Positions 11,107 to 24,207 of a stretch of 64,000 nt of DNA are shown here, one piece after another. The stretch is from Lama guanicoe (lineage: Eukaryota), in assembly GCA_013239625.1 (NCBI GenBank), contig MU053994.1, positions 2,609,589-2,673,588 of the forward strand. Direction: 5' to 3'. The translations under genes and the position numbers were made by a program. How positions within the stretch are numbered: position 1 is the first letter of the stretch; each line of letters starts with the position of its first letter. A model generated the notes under the pieces. That model was not told where the DNA came from. It did not search any database and was given only the letters and a program-made list of their open reading frames with translations.

Positions 11107-14100
11107 CTGAACAGTTAAGAGTTATGTTACATTTCTATCTGAATATTTTCCCCAAAAAACCATATATATAGATTTCTCAGTGAGTAGAAACAAATCAAAT
11201 ACTGAATGATCCGGAATGCTGGAGGAAAAACTTAATTTTGCTAAACTGGAATAGTACTATTATGTCAATTAGTAGCTCAAAATGACAAATGTAATCTACA
11301 AGGTGACTTGAAACAAACATATCCATCTTAAATACTACAGCAAAAAAAAAAAAAAACCCACAAAATTCCCTTAAAAAAAGGTTAAAATAGCTAGTGAAAA
11401 TTTAATTTCATCAGCTGAGCTGAGGTCTACTTTTACTGTCACTAAGTAGCTACTAATAAGCTAATTTTAATGATTTTTTTTGATATAATGGAAAGAAAAT
11501 TAGTTGTCTGGTAAATAGAGTAAATTTCACTTATGGTCTAAATATTTTTAATGCCATTCTTCATAAAGAGAGGTTTTCTGGCAATTAGGGTCTGTGTAGT
11601 TTTAAACTATTTGAGAACTTACTGAACATTACTGATTACATAGGAAAAAATATTTCAAGTTATTTATGTACTTCACTTTCAAGTCAAGATGAAATAAGAA
11701 CAGAGGCCACTACTAAACACAAATTCCCAAAGCTGCCAATATATTCGTTCCAGAGTTTCACAGTATTTCCACCAGGCCCAATTAATTTTCCCCTTAATCC
11801 CAACAAGCTGGCATAACAAAGCCCAGTAAAGGAGCAAAGCACTGAGAGCACACCATATGCCGATCAGACTGAGGGGTGGTAAAGGGGTCTGCTCTTTGGG
11901 CTACCACATTCCTCTAAAGCTACAGCACAGAAGAAAGGCAGGCAGTGTGCAGAGTGGTAATGTAGGCCCAGCCTTTCACCAGGTGTGACTTTTCTGTGCT
12001 ACTTTGCTACACAAGCACAATGACATCTTCTTGTCCATGTCATGGGTCCTTAGGAAGAAGCAGTGACAAGCTTGTAAAGGTGCTTTAAAAAGTAAAGTGC
12101 TCAATAATGTACATTATCTGTATTCCTCTATGAACCAAAGAAACAAACCAAAACCTCTTGTTATGATTTGCAATAATTAAAATGGGTGACGTTACTGCTG
12201 GTACTGTCTATACAAACAAATTAATAACGTAAAAAGATTGCAGGAAGTATATTTAATCAGATGAAAACAAATTGCTTTCAAGTATATCAAATACATATTT
12301 GCATACAAATGTTTAACATGTAGGTCCAGCAGAACTTTCACCTAAAACAAACAAAAATACAGAACAAAAGGGCACAAATAGGAATTTCTTTTCCAATATT
12401 TTATCATTCAGGCCAGTGTGACAAATTAGTTCAAAACATGTTTTGCTGAATTTATTATGTTAATAAAAAGTGCTTACAGATTTGAAGCAAGGGTTGCTGA
12501 CTTTTAAAACATATTTGTACTGTTTTAATCCCTAATGGGATAGGAATGTATTCTTTAAAGTAAAACTATTTTTAAAGTGTAGCAATAGAGTAAAACTAAT
12601 TCTGACAACTGGGATAACAATCATAATTTCAATCTAATTAACAAAATTGAATGTTTTTGAAAAGATAGAGCATCAAAAAAGAACATAGAGAAGACAGTTC
12701 AAAAGATAGGAAATACTTTGATGAGTATCTCTGAACATATTTTATGGCCACCAATGTCCACATTTTTCTTTACAGAAAATAAAATACATAAGGACCTAAG
12801 CATTTAAAGGCAAGAGGTTTTAATGAAGTGCATCCAGAATGAGGAACCTATGAAGGGAGAATTAAAGGCCATGCAAGATGACCGGGCTGCACACTCCTTT
12901 TTTTTTGCAGCAGGAATACATACATATCTCCTCTTTTATTTCTCCCTATCTATTTATTGAGGACAAGCTGAGAAATGGACCAACAGACAGTAATAAAAAG
13001 TGGGAAGACTGAATAGAAGCAACTAAGCCCAATTAGGAATGGTTGTACATGGTTCACAGCTTCCAAACTGACCTCAAGACCCCAAATCCGGCATGGACAG
13101 CACAATACAAGGGAGAGCACGATGGCTTCCTAGAGTCAGGCAATGCTACGAAGGGGCCACAGGGCAAGTTACCTTTCCTGTCTTGCACTGCCTTTTTTGA
13201 ACTTCTCTCCAAGAGTCCTGCCTCCTCTCCCGAGACATTCCCATTCCCACCTCGCACCTTCAAGAAACCACACTGCCCTCCGGGCTGTCCAAAACCTGCT
13301 GTGTGCTGTCTGTGTGCACTCCCCTAGCCCTCCCTTGGAATGTGCCATTCTCCCAGCTACGCATTTCCCTGGCTTATTCCAGTGAGGAGTTGGAAGAAAT
13401 GCCAGCTGACTAAGGTGGTTACACTAAGGGATTCCCAGAACAGGCCCTGGTCCCAGCAAAGGAACTGACAAAAGCATGCCTTCCCCTCACAAAAGGGATC
13501 AAGGAAGACTACATGAAGACTATAAATGCATGAACATGAATTTAAAAAAACAGTTAAAGCATATGTCCTAAAAATGGTGGGTCAGCAGACCCTTTACCAT
13601 AGCAACTCTCATCTCCAGAACTGTTCTGATTAAAGCAGGACCAAGGGGCCCAACTCCACATTCAAGAACCTACCTCTCCTTCAAATCATAGTCTCTGAAG
13701 CACACTTCTCTAACACTGAGATCTCCCAGGGCTTGAAAACCACTACTGCAGCACACTCCCACTAGAGTTAGGGGTCGAGGAAGAGCCTGAACTAACATCC
13801 TCAAACTACAGATGAGGAGAATAGGGCCCAAAGCATGTAAGTGACTTGTTCAAAAGCACAAGAGCAGCTGAACCCAGATCTTCTGGCTACTCAGCCAGTG
13901 ACATCTCTACAAAATGCTCCTGAACAAAAATCTTTGCAACTTATGGAAACAGCACACAGAACTATTCCTATGTAAACACATGATTAAAGTCCATTTTTCA
14001 AAGCAATTTAAATATCCCGCAAGCAATCATACTGACTTTTTAAACTTACTAAGCCTTGTTTACAGATACTAAATTAAACCAGAGCCTAGCAAAAGATCAC

Positions 14101-14794
14101 AAACTCCAATTTCCTATAATCCGAATGAAGTTTTAGAATTTTAACATATATTAAGACAAAAAATACTATGGGCCCAAAGTAATCAAGGCCAAAAACAGCT
14201 GGGGTAGGGATATAGTAAATATGCTCATTATGATACTCATTAAACTACATTCCGAGATTGAAAGTGCTTATTTTCTAAATGACATAACGTCCCCTAAAGC
14301 TCTGAATAGACTAGGTAATTAGAAGATTTTTCACTGTGTGTACATCTGTATTTCTTATTTTGAACCCAGTTAATGTAGTAACAATTCAAAAAAATTTTTA
14401 AAAGACATGGGATACATTTTGCTCCAAAGAGGACTATTTTATAAATATATTATAAATATTTGTAAAGCTGCCTTAACCTTAGAAGAAAAACTAAAAGATG
14501 TTCATATTAAAATGTGAAAAATATTTTCCATTTCAATAGGAAAAAAAGTTTTAAGAGAGTTGATATACATACATTTTAAAAATAAGGTCAAGCTAAAATA
14601 AGAGAGAAGAAAGTAAGGGGAAAATTAAGACAAGCTTGGTGGCTCACAGATTAAAATGCAGAAATGCCCAGCCTCTACAACAAAATCAGTACGTCAGAAA
14701 AAAAGTCATATTAAGAAAGATGCTTCATAAAATAAAAGTAGATACCAATTTGAACAAAAGAAAGGTAGAAATGCTAAATTTAAAAGAACTTAAC

Positions 14795-14906
14795 AGTTTT
14801 CATTGGCATTGAAGCCTCTAAGAATGGCCTTCAGTTCCTGGAGCTTCTGATGAGCTCGTGCATGGACGCTGTCAATCAGGAGTTTTTCTATTGACAAATG
14901 ATCAAT
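14795..14906 (-). CDS. MED14: MED14 exon 10 (112 nt)
   Basis: cag|[50 protein letters not shown]; 3' boundary fixed by the phase needed for exon 11. Confidence 0.94.
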
Positions 14907-15413
14907 CTGCATAAACAAGAACAGAATTGTATGTGCAATTTAAACACATCTATTTTAAAAGCCTGAGAACAGATTATTATGCTCTAAGATATTTCCTTTT
15001 AGAATCACACTGATTAAGTGTTAACCAGTAAAAGAAAGCAAACTTAAAAGTTAAAAAAAAAACTTAAATGGTACTGATGGCTTAAAGACTACAAGTTAAC
15101 TTTCTGGCAGATATAGATCTGATCTCTGATCAGTTATCGTACCGTTTAAATGCCAAATCTTAAAAAAATAAAATAGTGATCTGATCTAAATTACAAAAGT
15201 TGAAAGAGCACTTTAAAAATTATACATTGTAATATTAGATGTTAAAAAAGCAACAAATGCAAAAGTATAACATTCATTTAAAACAAGTTTCATAAAGAGT
15301 TTCTAGGAACAATTAGGTATTAAAGAATTCATGCTAAAAGTTGAAGTATAAATGGTAGGTTACATTATCTTCATTTAATCAAAGCAGTATTAAAATGTAC
15401 TGACATCTTTTAC

Positions 15414-15564
15414 CTTCATGGCTCTTTCTACTAATTTGGAATCAGAAACTGGCAAAGGAGGATCATGAAAAATCTGCAAAGGCTTGGAGACATCATTCTC
15501 ATCAATTTTAATTGTAACTTTGTGAAAAGAGGCTATCCCTGTTTTTCTCCCAAGAACCTGTTGA
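15414..15564 (-). CDS. MED14: MED14 exon 9 (151 nt)
   Basis: tag|[63 protein letters not shown]. Confidence 0.97.
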
Positions 15565-16340
15565 CTAAAGAGAAAAAAGAAATGTTAAGAATTATTTTCA
15601 ACACAGTCTGTTAACTTCGGGAATAAAAGAGAGACAGGCCATTGTGCACCTTATCCAGAGCCTAGAACATGGCAGGCCCTCACTGTTTGTTGAGGGAATA
15701 TTAATATTGAAAAGACAGCTATTCTGTAACCCAAAACAATATGATTTACTACATTAAAAAAAAACCACAGACACAGAATTAAAAAATAAAACACATGCAC
15801 ACCCACAAAAAAAACCCAGAACAAAACAACCTGTCTTTAAATGGTGTTTATTCACCTCTGATTCCTTTACAGAAAATGGGAATCAAGCAAAGTTCAACAG
15901 AGGGGGAAGAGAGGATTTTAAAACAACCTGATATTGATTTTCCCCAAAAACCTCCCCCAAAAGTATTTAAAAGGTGCAATTCTAAATATAACACTGTGAT
16001 AAGCAAAGATTTTTGAAAAAATGATACCCAACAATCTAAAGTAATGGTCTTTCAGCAATCTGGTACGAACCCAGAGTAATCTAATCTTTTAAGAATAGTA
16101 AGTTCTAGTACAAATAGATAAATGTTTACATACTTAAAACATGCCATGTTCTAAGAATGGTGTCAATTATGAATGTCCTATGTGGTTTATATGATACCAT
16201 GGGAACTTACCATACAAAATCATGTTGTTAAGGGGTGCACAGCTACTGGTACATAGTGAATCAAATGTATGAGAGAAAAAGAGAAACAAAAAAAGTATTT
16301 ACAGTCATAGCATGATTTCACCATCATCAGCTTTACTTAC

Positions 16341-16473
16341 TTCCAAACTGAGAGGGAGAGGCACTTTCCTGCATGATACCTTTCCACCTGTACAAGGTCT
16401 CCCCACCGCTCTCGGATTAACATTAGAGTTTGGGAATGTAGCACTTCTAACTGAAGTGACAAGCAGAAAGAAT
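16341..16473 (-). CDS. MED14: MED14 exon 8 (133 nt)
   Basis: cag|ATT..GAA|GTAAGT; HSFCLSLQLEVLHSQTLMLIRERWGDLVQVERYHAGKCLSLSVW. Confidence 0.97.
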
Positions 16474-17003
16474 CTGATGGATCTCGTTAAGCAAATCTAA
16501 TATAATGTATTACTACAACAGCCAATGAAGTATAACCAAACTTCATTTGATAAAAGTTCTATTCCTCAAAAGTTCGCTATTTCTCCAATGACGCATAAAA
16601 AGTGTTGCAATTTGTGATATAATTTTAGAAAAATGTTTTATATTTATCTTTGAACCAATATAAACAAAACATAAGGTCCAGGTTGCCCCTTAATTCATCA
16701 CAGTTTAGAGAATATGGATAGACCAAATAGAACTATTTTTTGTCTCCAAAAAGTACTATTTCTAACTCATCATTTAAAAATTTTACATGCAAAGTCAACA
16801 GTAAAATTTAAAACTTGGTTTATTATAGACATATCCCTATTCTTTACACTGGCCAGTTCCCTGGCCCCATTTCTTCCCAAAAAGGGGGAGGGGGAGATTT
16901 TAGGCTGCTATAGTTCAGGACTAGGGGCAAATGGAAATGTGCGTATGTGTTGTGGGGGAGACAAATTCTTTACAAACACAGGGCTCAAATTTCAGAAGGA
17001 TAC
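16474..17003 (-). other. MED14: MED14 intron 7, U12-type (minor spliceosome) GT-AG intron
   Basis: Donor GTATCCTT (17003-16996); branch-site-like TTTGCTTAAC (16495-16486) just upstream of CAG acceptor; no polypyrimidine tract. Confidence 0.9.
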
Positions 17004-17111
17004 GCAAGCAGTTGTACATGTCCTGGAGAGGTTTCTCATCAGCAAAGAGCCTAGACTGCACCAGTTGATGGATAAAGTTGATCTGCATACTATGAACCAA
17101 GGCTCGCCCAT
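17004..17111 (-). CDS. MED14: MED14 exon 7 (108 nt)
   Basis: aag|[50 protein letters not shown] (within ORF 16921..17118). Confidence 0.97.
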
Positions 17112-17429
17112 CTTCCATTGGCAGAAGAAAAGAAGGTGGTTAATCAGAAAAGTGTACAGATTGTGTCACAGACCGACTAAGGAAGCGTATACTAACTAAA
17201 GGTGAGTTAAAAAAAAACTGAAATTATCTATGAAAACTAGAAAATATTACACTAGAGAAACACTGAAACTTTTGTGGTCAGTAGGTAGTTATGATTACCA
17301 CAAAATCTCCTTCAAATTATACGATAACCTGCTAAACACATTTATTATTCTGCAAGAATGTTTCAATAATATAAAAACACCAAGCATTTAAATCAATACT
17401 TATAATTTAAATCAGTATTTATGATTTAC

Positions 17430-17558
17430 CTCCTGTTTCCTTATCCTCAACTAGAATTTCTAGCTTGAGAAGACGCCATGGAACATCAGGGTCATCTCCC
17501 ATCACAGTCAAGGTGGCTTCAAATTCTCCCTCAACTCGAAACTTCACCCGGCCATTTG
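17430..17558 (-). CDS. MED14: MED14 exon 6 (129 nt)
   Basis: aag|[55 protein letters not shown]. Confidence 0.97.
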
Positions 17559-18029
17559 CTTTTAGAAGAAGGAGAAGAAGAGGTCTACTTTGCTAGAAAG
17601 TAATCAGCTTCCTGCTAACCTAGAACTTTCAGTCTTGCTCATAAGAAATTTTAAATAGATTGAAGATTCTTTCATAGACATTCAAACAATTCAGTGGTTC
17701 CTGTATAAACAGCAGCCAGCTTCCAGGTCATCAAGAAACCAAAAGCAACTCTTCTAACATCTTCTAACATCAATATTTTCTTGAGGCTCAACTCTAGGAC
17801 CTAGTCTCTCCTTGAGCTTCAAGTGATCGCACCCATTTCCCAGCTTCAAATACCAGCACTGTATTTCCAGGTACTAAAGGGAAATGATATGGCACAAGTT
17901 ACAGATTCAAACACCAACCAAAATTGTAGGTCAAGACTTCATAAGAATATTTTACAAAATAAAACCCAAAAAGGCATTTTAAAAATATTCTGACAAGTCA
18001 ACTCTTAAAAAAAAATTTCAGGTACATAC

Positions 18030-18159
18030 CAACTGTAAGATTTGCTAACTGAGGAGGAAGATCTGTGGTTACAAGCCGATGTCTAAGAATCTGGTTCAGC
18101 TGGTGAAGTGTAGCTTGTTTCTCAATTTTGGTGATTGGGTCTGGAGGAATAATTTTATC
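18030..18159 (-). CDS. MED14: MED14 exon 5 (130 nt)
   Basis: tag|[55 protein letters not shown]. Confidence 0.97.
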
Positions 18160-18816
18160 CTACAAAAAAATTTAAGTAATTTAAAAATTATGTACAGAGA
18201 CATAATTTTTACCTGCACCTGTCTTAACACAGTATTTTCTTACTTTACCCAAGAGAATCTCAACGCTCATTTCTGCAGTCTACATCCAGTAATTGTGACT
18301 ATTACTATCATGCATTAGAGTGCCGATGATTCCAGCAGTCATCCAGCTAAAATGGCAATGCAACATGATCTTCACGCTCCGTTTATGAAACTAACTTTAA
18401 CGTCACTAGATGACTTCTACCACTTCTTAGAAGTATAAAATACAATAGCACCAAGTCAGTGAACAACTACCACCACAACAAATTTTAAAAAGCACTTCTA
18501 GAAAGCAACTAGCGTGCTGTATTTTCACATATGAAATAGATGGAAGTTACACCTGCAAATCTGTCCACCCTCTCCTAAATAAATAAGTAACTCATTTTGA
18601 TTGCTGCTCACATTTTGGCTCCAATTTATTTCAAAAAGCTCTCAAATTTTAACTACAAAGAAAAAGGCAAACTACATGAAATATTTATTTTAAAAACACA
18701 AAACAGGTGGGGTGTTTTTGTGTTTTGCTTAGCTACTTATTAATATGGTAGAATCCAATGCCAAAGCCTTCAACTTTGGGGGGGGAGGGGACAGGTTGGG
18801 GAAGGAATGCACTTAC

Positions 18817-18990
18817 CCTAATGCAGGTTGGCAGACGTGGGTAAGACCCAGTAGTCAGTACATCAATAGCATATGGGATGGCAAAACTAGGCAGGCGTGC
18901 ATGGACTAGAGCATCTCTAGCTAACGAGGCCAGGCGATCAGCAGTGTCCACAAACAGGATGGCTTGCTGATCTAAGAAGCTTGAGATCAT
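18817..18990 (-). CDS. MED14: MED14 exon 4 (174 nt)
   Basis: aag|[70 protein letters not shown] (within ORF 18733..19029). Confidence 0.97.
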
Positions 18991-19329
18991 CTTTAAGGCA
19001 AAGGGTAAATGTGTTAAGCTTCCTTGCAAACTAGCTGCTTTTCACTTCAAATACCTTTTGATTCCAAAGTAAACTTTGAGAATTAGTATAGGTTTTCCCT
19101 ATTTCAAAATATTTCATTAAAAAATTTCCTAGTAATTTGAGGAAAGAAGAAATATTTTAAAAACCAGTAATTTTATATCAATCAAAAAGTTTCCCAATTC
19201 ATTTCTCCATCCTTAACATTACACATACATATAGTAAGTTAGGAAAAATAGACAGAATAAAATGTTTTTACTCTTACAGACTTCTAGAGTTGAGTTGGCT
19301 GGTAATAAAATAGATAGAAAAGCATAGAC

Positions 19330-19540
19330 TGCCTTGGTTTCTATTTTAATTCTGCAATTTACTAGCCCTATAACCTTGGGCAAGTTAGTTAATCCCTCTG
19401 TGCCTCAGTTTTTTTCAATATAAAATGGAGGTGATTTCCACTCTCTTATAAGGTTGTTCTGAGAATTGAAAGTTTATACGTATGAAACCTTTAGAACAGT
19501 GCCCAGAACATAAAAAACACTCAATAAACATTGCTTGTTA
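19330..19540 (+). mobile_element. MIR SINE
   Basis: 'accttgggcaagttagttaatccctctgtgcctcagtttt', 'agaacagtgcccagaacata'. Confidence 0.82.
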
Positions 19541-19899
19541 GGAGATCTAGGCCAACTTCATGCCCAGTACAGAAATCCTTTCCATCCCTTCTCTACTCAA
19601 TACATTTCACAAGTGCACCTGAACTAGTAGAGCTCATCATGGAGCTGAAAATTTTTCTCTGAAAATTTTATCCCCTACTTCTACTCTGGGACAATATTTA
19701 AAGTCTCTCATGTCCTTCAAACAGGGGAATTCTATCTTCAAGTTGAACATTCCAAGTCACTTACACCAGCCATCCCATCTCCAAATTCTTGACTCACCAT
19801 CCCTGCTCCACTGCCTGGAAATGCTCGTTTATCAGTGATCAACTTAAAATGTGGTATCCAGAAGTAATACCAAATCGTGCACACACAATGCCCTACATT

Positions 19900-20055
19900 T
19901 TCTCAGTATTTCCACACTCATTTTATTATCTGATTTTCACAACTCTAGGAAACAGACAAAAACCAGATAATTACTACCACCTCAGAGATGAGAAAACTGA
20001 GGCTGAGATTAAGACACTTGCCCAAAGACAGTCAATAATCAGAGAAGGTGGAACC
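19900..20055 (-). mobile_element. MIR fragment
   Basis: 'gatgagaaaactgaggctgagattaagacacttgcccaaag'. Confidence 0.7.
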
Positions 20056-20749
20056 AAAAAGTTTTTTTTCTAACTTTTCAGTTAGACCAGAATAGCCCAG
20101 TAGAAAAGCTACCTTCTATGACTAGTAAAATGGAGTGCTATCAACACTAACTTCTTAATAGCAGCCATGACACTACTAACACATAACAAGCTTGAAGTCA
20201 GCTAAAAGACCTTGATCTTTTGTGCATGAATTTCTATCAAGCAAGGTCCCCTTTCCCATCCTGAACCTAAAGCAAGACTGTAATCTGTCTGATTTTCACA
20301 TATTTAAAACCATTTTGAATCCTGCTTCTCTCAACTTCTGTACTGGTTTTTACTCAGATTTAGGTCATCTGAAGTCTCCTTTCAATCAGGACACTGTAAA
20401 AATGCTTATTAGACCAAAGCCAAGGCCAAAGAAGACTAAAGATTTCCCTCCAGGAAGATATGCATCAACCCTAGTGTGGTGCTACAGTTTATCCAGCCCA
20501 CATTGCTCCACCTTAAATGTGGGTAATTAATGAAATTCTAAACTAACTTATTCAACTCAAAATACACTAGCTCCAGCTATATTTCTTTGACTTAGAAATC
20601 AAATTAATAAAGATACAAATTAAGTTCTGAGTTACTTATTACTGAATCCATGTAAGTCCCTAATGATCATGTTTTTCCTTTTTAAAGCACTCACATAACA
20701 GCAGCTATTAATATGATTAATAATAATCTCCTTTAAAATTTAACTAAGC

Positions 20750-21545
20750 ACCAAATAGACACTTCTCTAAGGAAAATACACAAATGGTCAAAGTCCATGA
20801 AAAGATGTTCATTAGTCATCAGAGAAATGCAAATAAAAAGCACAGTGAGGTACCACTTCACACCTACTAGGATGGCTAGAATCAAAATGTCAGACAATAA
20901 CAAGTGTCAGCACAGAGAAATTGGAACTCTTACACTGCTGATGGGAATGTAAAATGGTACAGCCATTCTGGAAAACAGCCTGGCAGGTCCTCAAATGATT
21001 AAATATAGAGTTACCATGTGACCCAGCCATTCCACTCCTAGATATAAACCCAAGAGGAATGCAAACATATGCCCAGAGAGAAACTTGTACATGAATGTTT
21101 ATAGCAACAGTATTCAAAATAGCCCAAATCTGGAAACAACCTGAAAGTTCATTAACTGATAAATGGATAAATAAAATATGTAGATCCATACAATTCAGCT
21201 ATAAAAATCAAGTACTGATATATGGCACAACATGGATGACCCTTTAAAACATTATGCTAAATAAAAGGAGCGAATCACAAAAGACATATGATGACTCCAT
21301 TTATATTAAATGTTCAGAATAGGCATATCTATAGAGACAGCAAGGTTGCTCAGGGCTGGGGGGATACCTGGTGTGACAGCAAAAGGGTAAAGGCTTTCTT
21401 TTTAAGGTGATGAAAATGGTCTAAAATTGACTATGGTAATGGTTGCACATATCTGTGAATATACGAAAAACCACTGAATTGTACACTTTAAATGAGTAGA
21501 TTGTATGGGGTGTGAATTACATCCCAAAGTTGCTTTTAAGAAAGC
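20750..21545 (+). mobile_element. L1MB-type 3' fragment
   Basis: ORF2 C-terminus and 3'UTR motifs ('ccactgaattgtacactttaaatg'). Confidence 0.88.
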
Positions 21546-23509
21546 TCTAGGAGAGACATTTTTTCTTTTTCTTAGATAAAACATTATTCAGACTGTTTTA
21601 TCATTAGTCAGAGTTCTATAAATCATGTATTTATACACTCAGCTAAACACATAATATGCCTGGCATGGCTAAAGAACATTATCTATTAAGAACCTCTAAT
21701 GAGACTAGTTAAATTATCATTAGGTTGAGAATATAAGTGTCAAAATGTGAATAATCCTCTAATTCTCCAGCTGTTGGACTTTATTTCCAACAAAAACACA
21801 TTTGTTCTACATTCACAAAACAAAAATACCAAAACTTTTTATAAGTTCAACATGAGACTTTATTCAGAATGTGACTTACTGGAATAGCCAGTTCAAAAAA
21901 CTAATAGAAGAATACTATGCTATGAATTAATGAAAGAGGAATACAATATGACTCAATATCAAAACCAAGAGTTTTGGATTTTGCTTGATGTATTTTGTCA
22001 AAGTACATACAGTTCAGGGGTATCAAACAGGTAATTTAAATACCCATGGTATAATTAGGGATTTAACACCAGATCTGAAAAATTGAATACTTTGATTTTA
22101 CACATTTCAGTAATACCTAACCCTTCACTGAAAGTTTGAATATCTTCAAGAAAAGACTACCCCAAAGTAACTAATTATTGAAAAGAAACCTTAGGCTTTT
22201 CAAAAACATAATAACATACTTCTTCATTTCAGCCCAAATAGATTCATTAGACTTGGTATCCAAATTTCCAAAACAATGAAGTGAATTTTAAACTTTCTGG
22301 CAAATAAGCTTGGAATAGGCTTCCTTATTAATATTTATAACAAAAATTATCCTCTGAATGATGCTTTACAGTGTACAAAAGACTTTCTGTCTATAAACTT
22401 CAATTTCCCAATATCAACAGACAACAGATGAATAAAAGGACTTATTCCCCCCCAGAGAAAACTCAATATATGGTACAAAATATCCTCCCTCTTTGATCAG
22501 TGTTATATAGAAGGATGATACCAGCTTACTCCTAGAGACAAAAGATCTGTGGCTAGAAATGTATCTTCTTTTAGCTTGCAAAAAAATTATTATTCTAGAA
22601 TTTTAAATTCTAAACTTCTTCATAAGCTCTTTTTTCTTTTCACTTTAGCAATTTTCATATAAGCTTTATGTCCAATGATAAGGAAACCTAGTGAAACTGA
22701 GAATAGTAAATGCTACTTTTGGACTAAAATTGCAAAGATATTAGAAACTCATGTGCGGAAATGCAACTGTGTTGTAGATTTCTTTCTAAAGTGAAATGTT
22801 ACCAAATATGCAAACTTCAATAGATTTGCAAATATAAAACTACTATAAAAGTATTTTCAACTTAGCTTGTCAAGGTGCAAAAAATAAATTTATTATGGTA
22901 CCTCTCTATATTGGGTAGCTGCTAATTTTAATTTATCCAGGAAGCCTAATAAAATTCATAAATGACTTGAATGTAATTTAACCAATGTAAGTTGTTTTTG
23001 TGATTTTACCTATAAAGACTGATAAAACTTTTAAATATCATTACATAATTGAATGAAAAAAAAATCTGAACATCAATGTCAAGCTTATTTAGAGCATCTA
23101 CCCTCTTTCCCCCACTTTGCAAATATAATCGACAGTAGCTAGAAGCCTACTTGGCCTTATAGAGCTGGGCCTGGAGAACTGACCTCAATTAAAGTGGATA
23201 AATACTCTCATTATTTTAGAATTTTACTCATTTTATTAGAATTACTCTACCCCCTTCCAATATGAACTCCATCCTCATTAGAAGTGACTGACCTCATCAG
23301 AAGTAAAACAGGAGGGAGTAATTTTGTGTCTTATCTGTTAACACACCATCCTCCCCAAGTTATGAACTCAACGGGGTAACACAAGATCTCTACTGATGTT
23401 TTTCCTCCTTAACCCTTCTTTAACATAGCTTAAAACTTTGGAGGGGGCGTATTTTAGCATCTGTGGTATATTTCACTACAGGTCACTCCTTTAAATTCAA
23501 AAGAATGAC

Positions 23510-23825
23510 TCAACAGTCAAGACTATGAGCTTCTTGAGGGCAGGGACTATGCCTTATTCAAGTCTCCACACACCATACCCTATGCCATATGCTCAATAAA
23601 GGTTTAGAGAATGAATAGATAAATAAATAAAGGGACAGATAAATGCTATCACCAGCTTTGTGGCCTTGAAGAAGCCATTTAACTTCTAGGAACCTTATTT
23701 CCTCATCTGTAAAATAAGAGAAGGATCCTGACTCTGCCATTTTGAAAAGGTTGTCAAGAATTAACAGGCAAAATTTAAGGGAGTACTTTGCAAACTCTAA
23801 GGAATCATACACATGTAAGCTAACC
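23510..23825 (+). mobile_element. L2 3' end followed by MIR fragment
   Basis: 'tgagcttcttgagggcagggactatg..ctcaataaa..gaatgaat' then 'ttatttcctcatctgtaaaata'. Confidence 0.7.
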
Positions 23826-24101
23826 ATTTTCCCCCTTTAGGTCCAGTCTCATATTTAATGTCTTCTACTGTAATGATGTCTACAGATATGGCCTCTCTTT
23901 TTTTCTGACCAGGTATCCATAAACAAATGCTAATTTTCTATAGATATATACTATACGTTACCATACAGAAATGTGATTACTTACATAAGTAACATCTCTC
24001 AAAACATATCAAATGTAAGTTAAAGCTAAAATTAAAAACCATGCCTATTAAAAGTTAACATTCCAAAAGTTATTTTATATAAAATAAAAAATTTCACTCA
24101 C

Positions 24102-24207
24102 CGCACATTTTTCCACTTTGCCAGCATTATTAGCCCATTTTACTAAAGCTAATAATCGAACAAAGAGTTGGCGTGTCCGGCTAGCAAACTGTACTATTTC
24201 TATTTTC
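24102..24207 (-). CDS. MED14: MED14 exon 3 (106 nt)
   Basis: aag|G..GCG|GTGAGT; KIEIVQFASRTRQLFVRLLALVKWANNAGKVEKCA. Confidence 0.97.

Noticed and set aside
12850..13500. GC-richer block in intron 10 with overlapping short ORFs
   Set aside because: No MED14 peptide is missing between exons 10 and 11; probably an old repeat I cannot classify
16714..17199. 161-aa + strand ORF
   Set aside because: Antisense shadow of MED14 exon 7 plus intron; no recognisable protein
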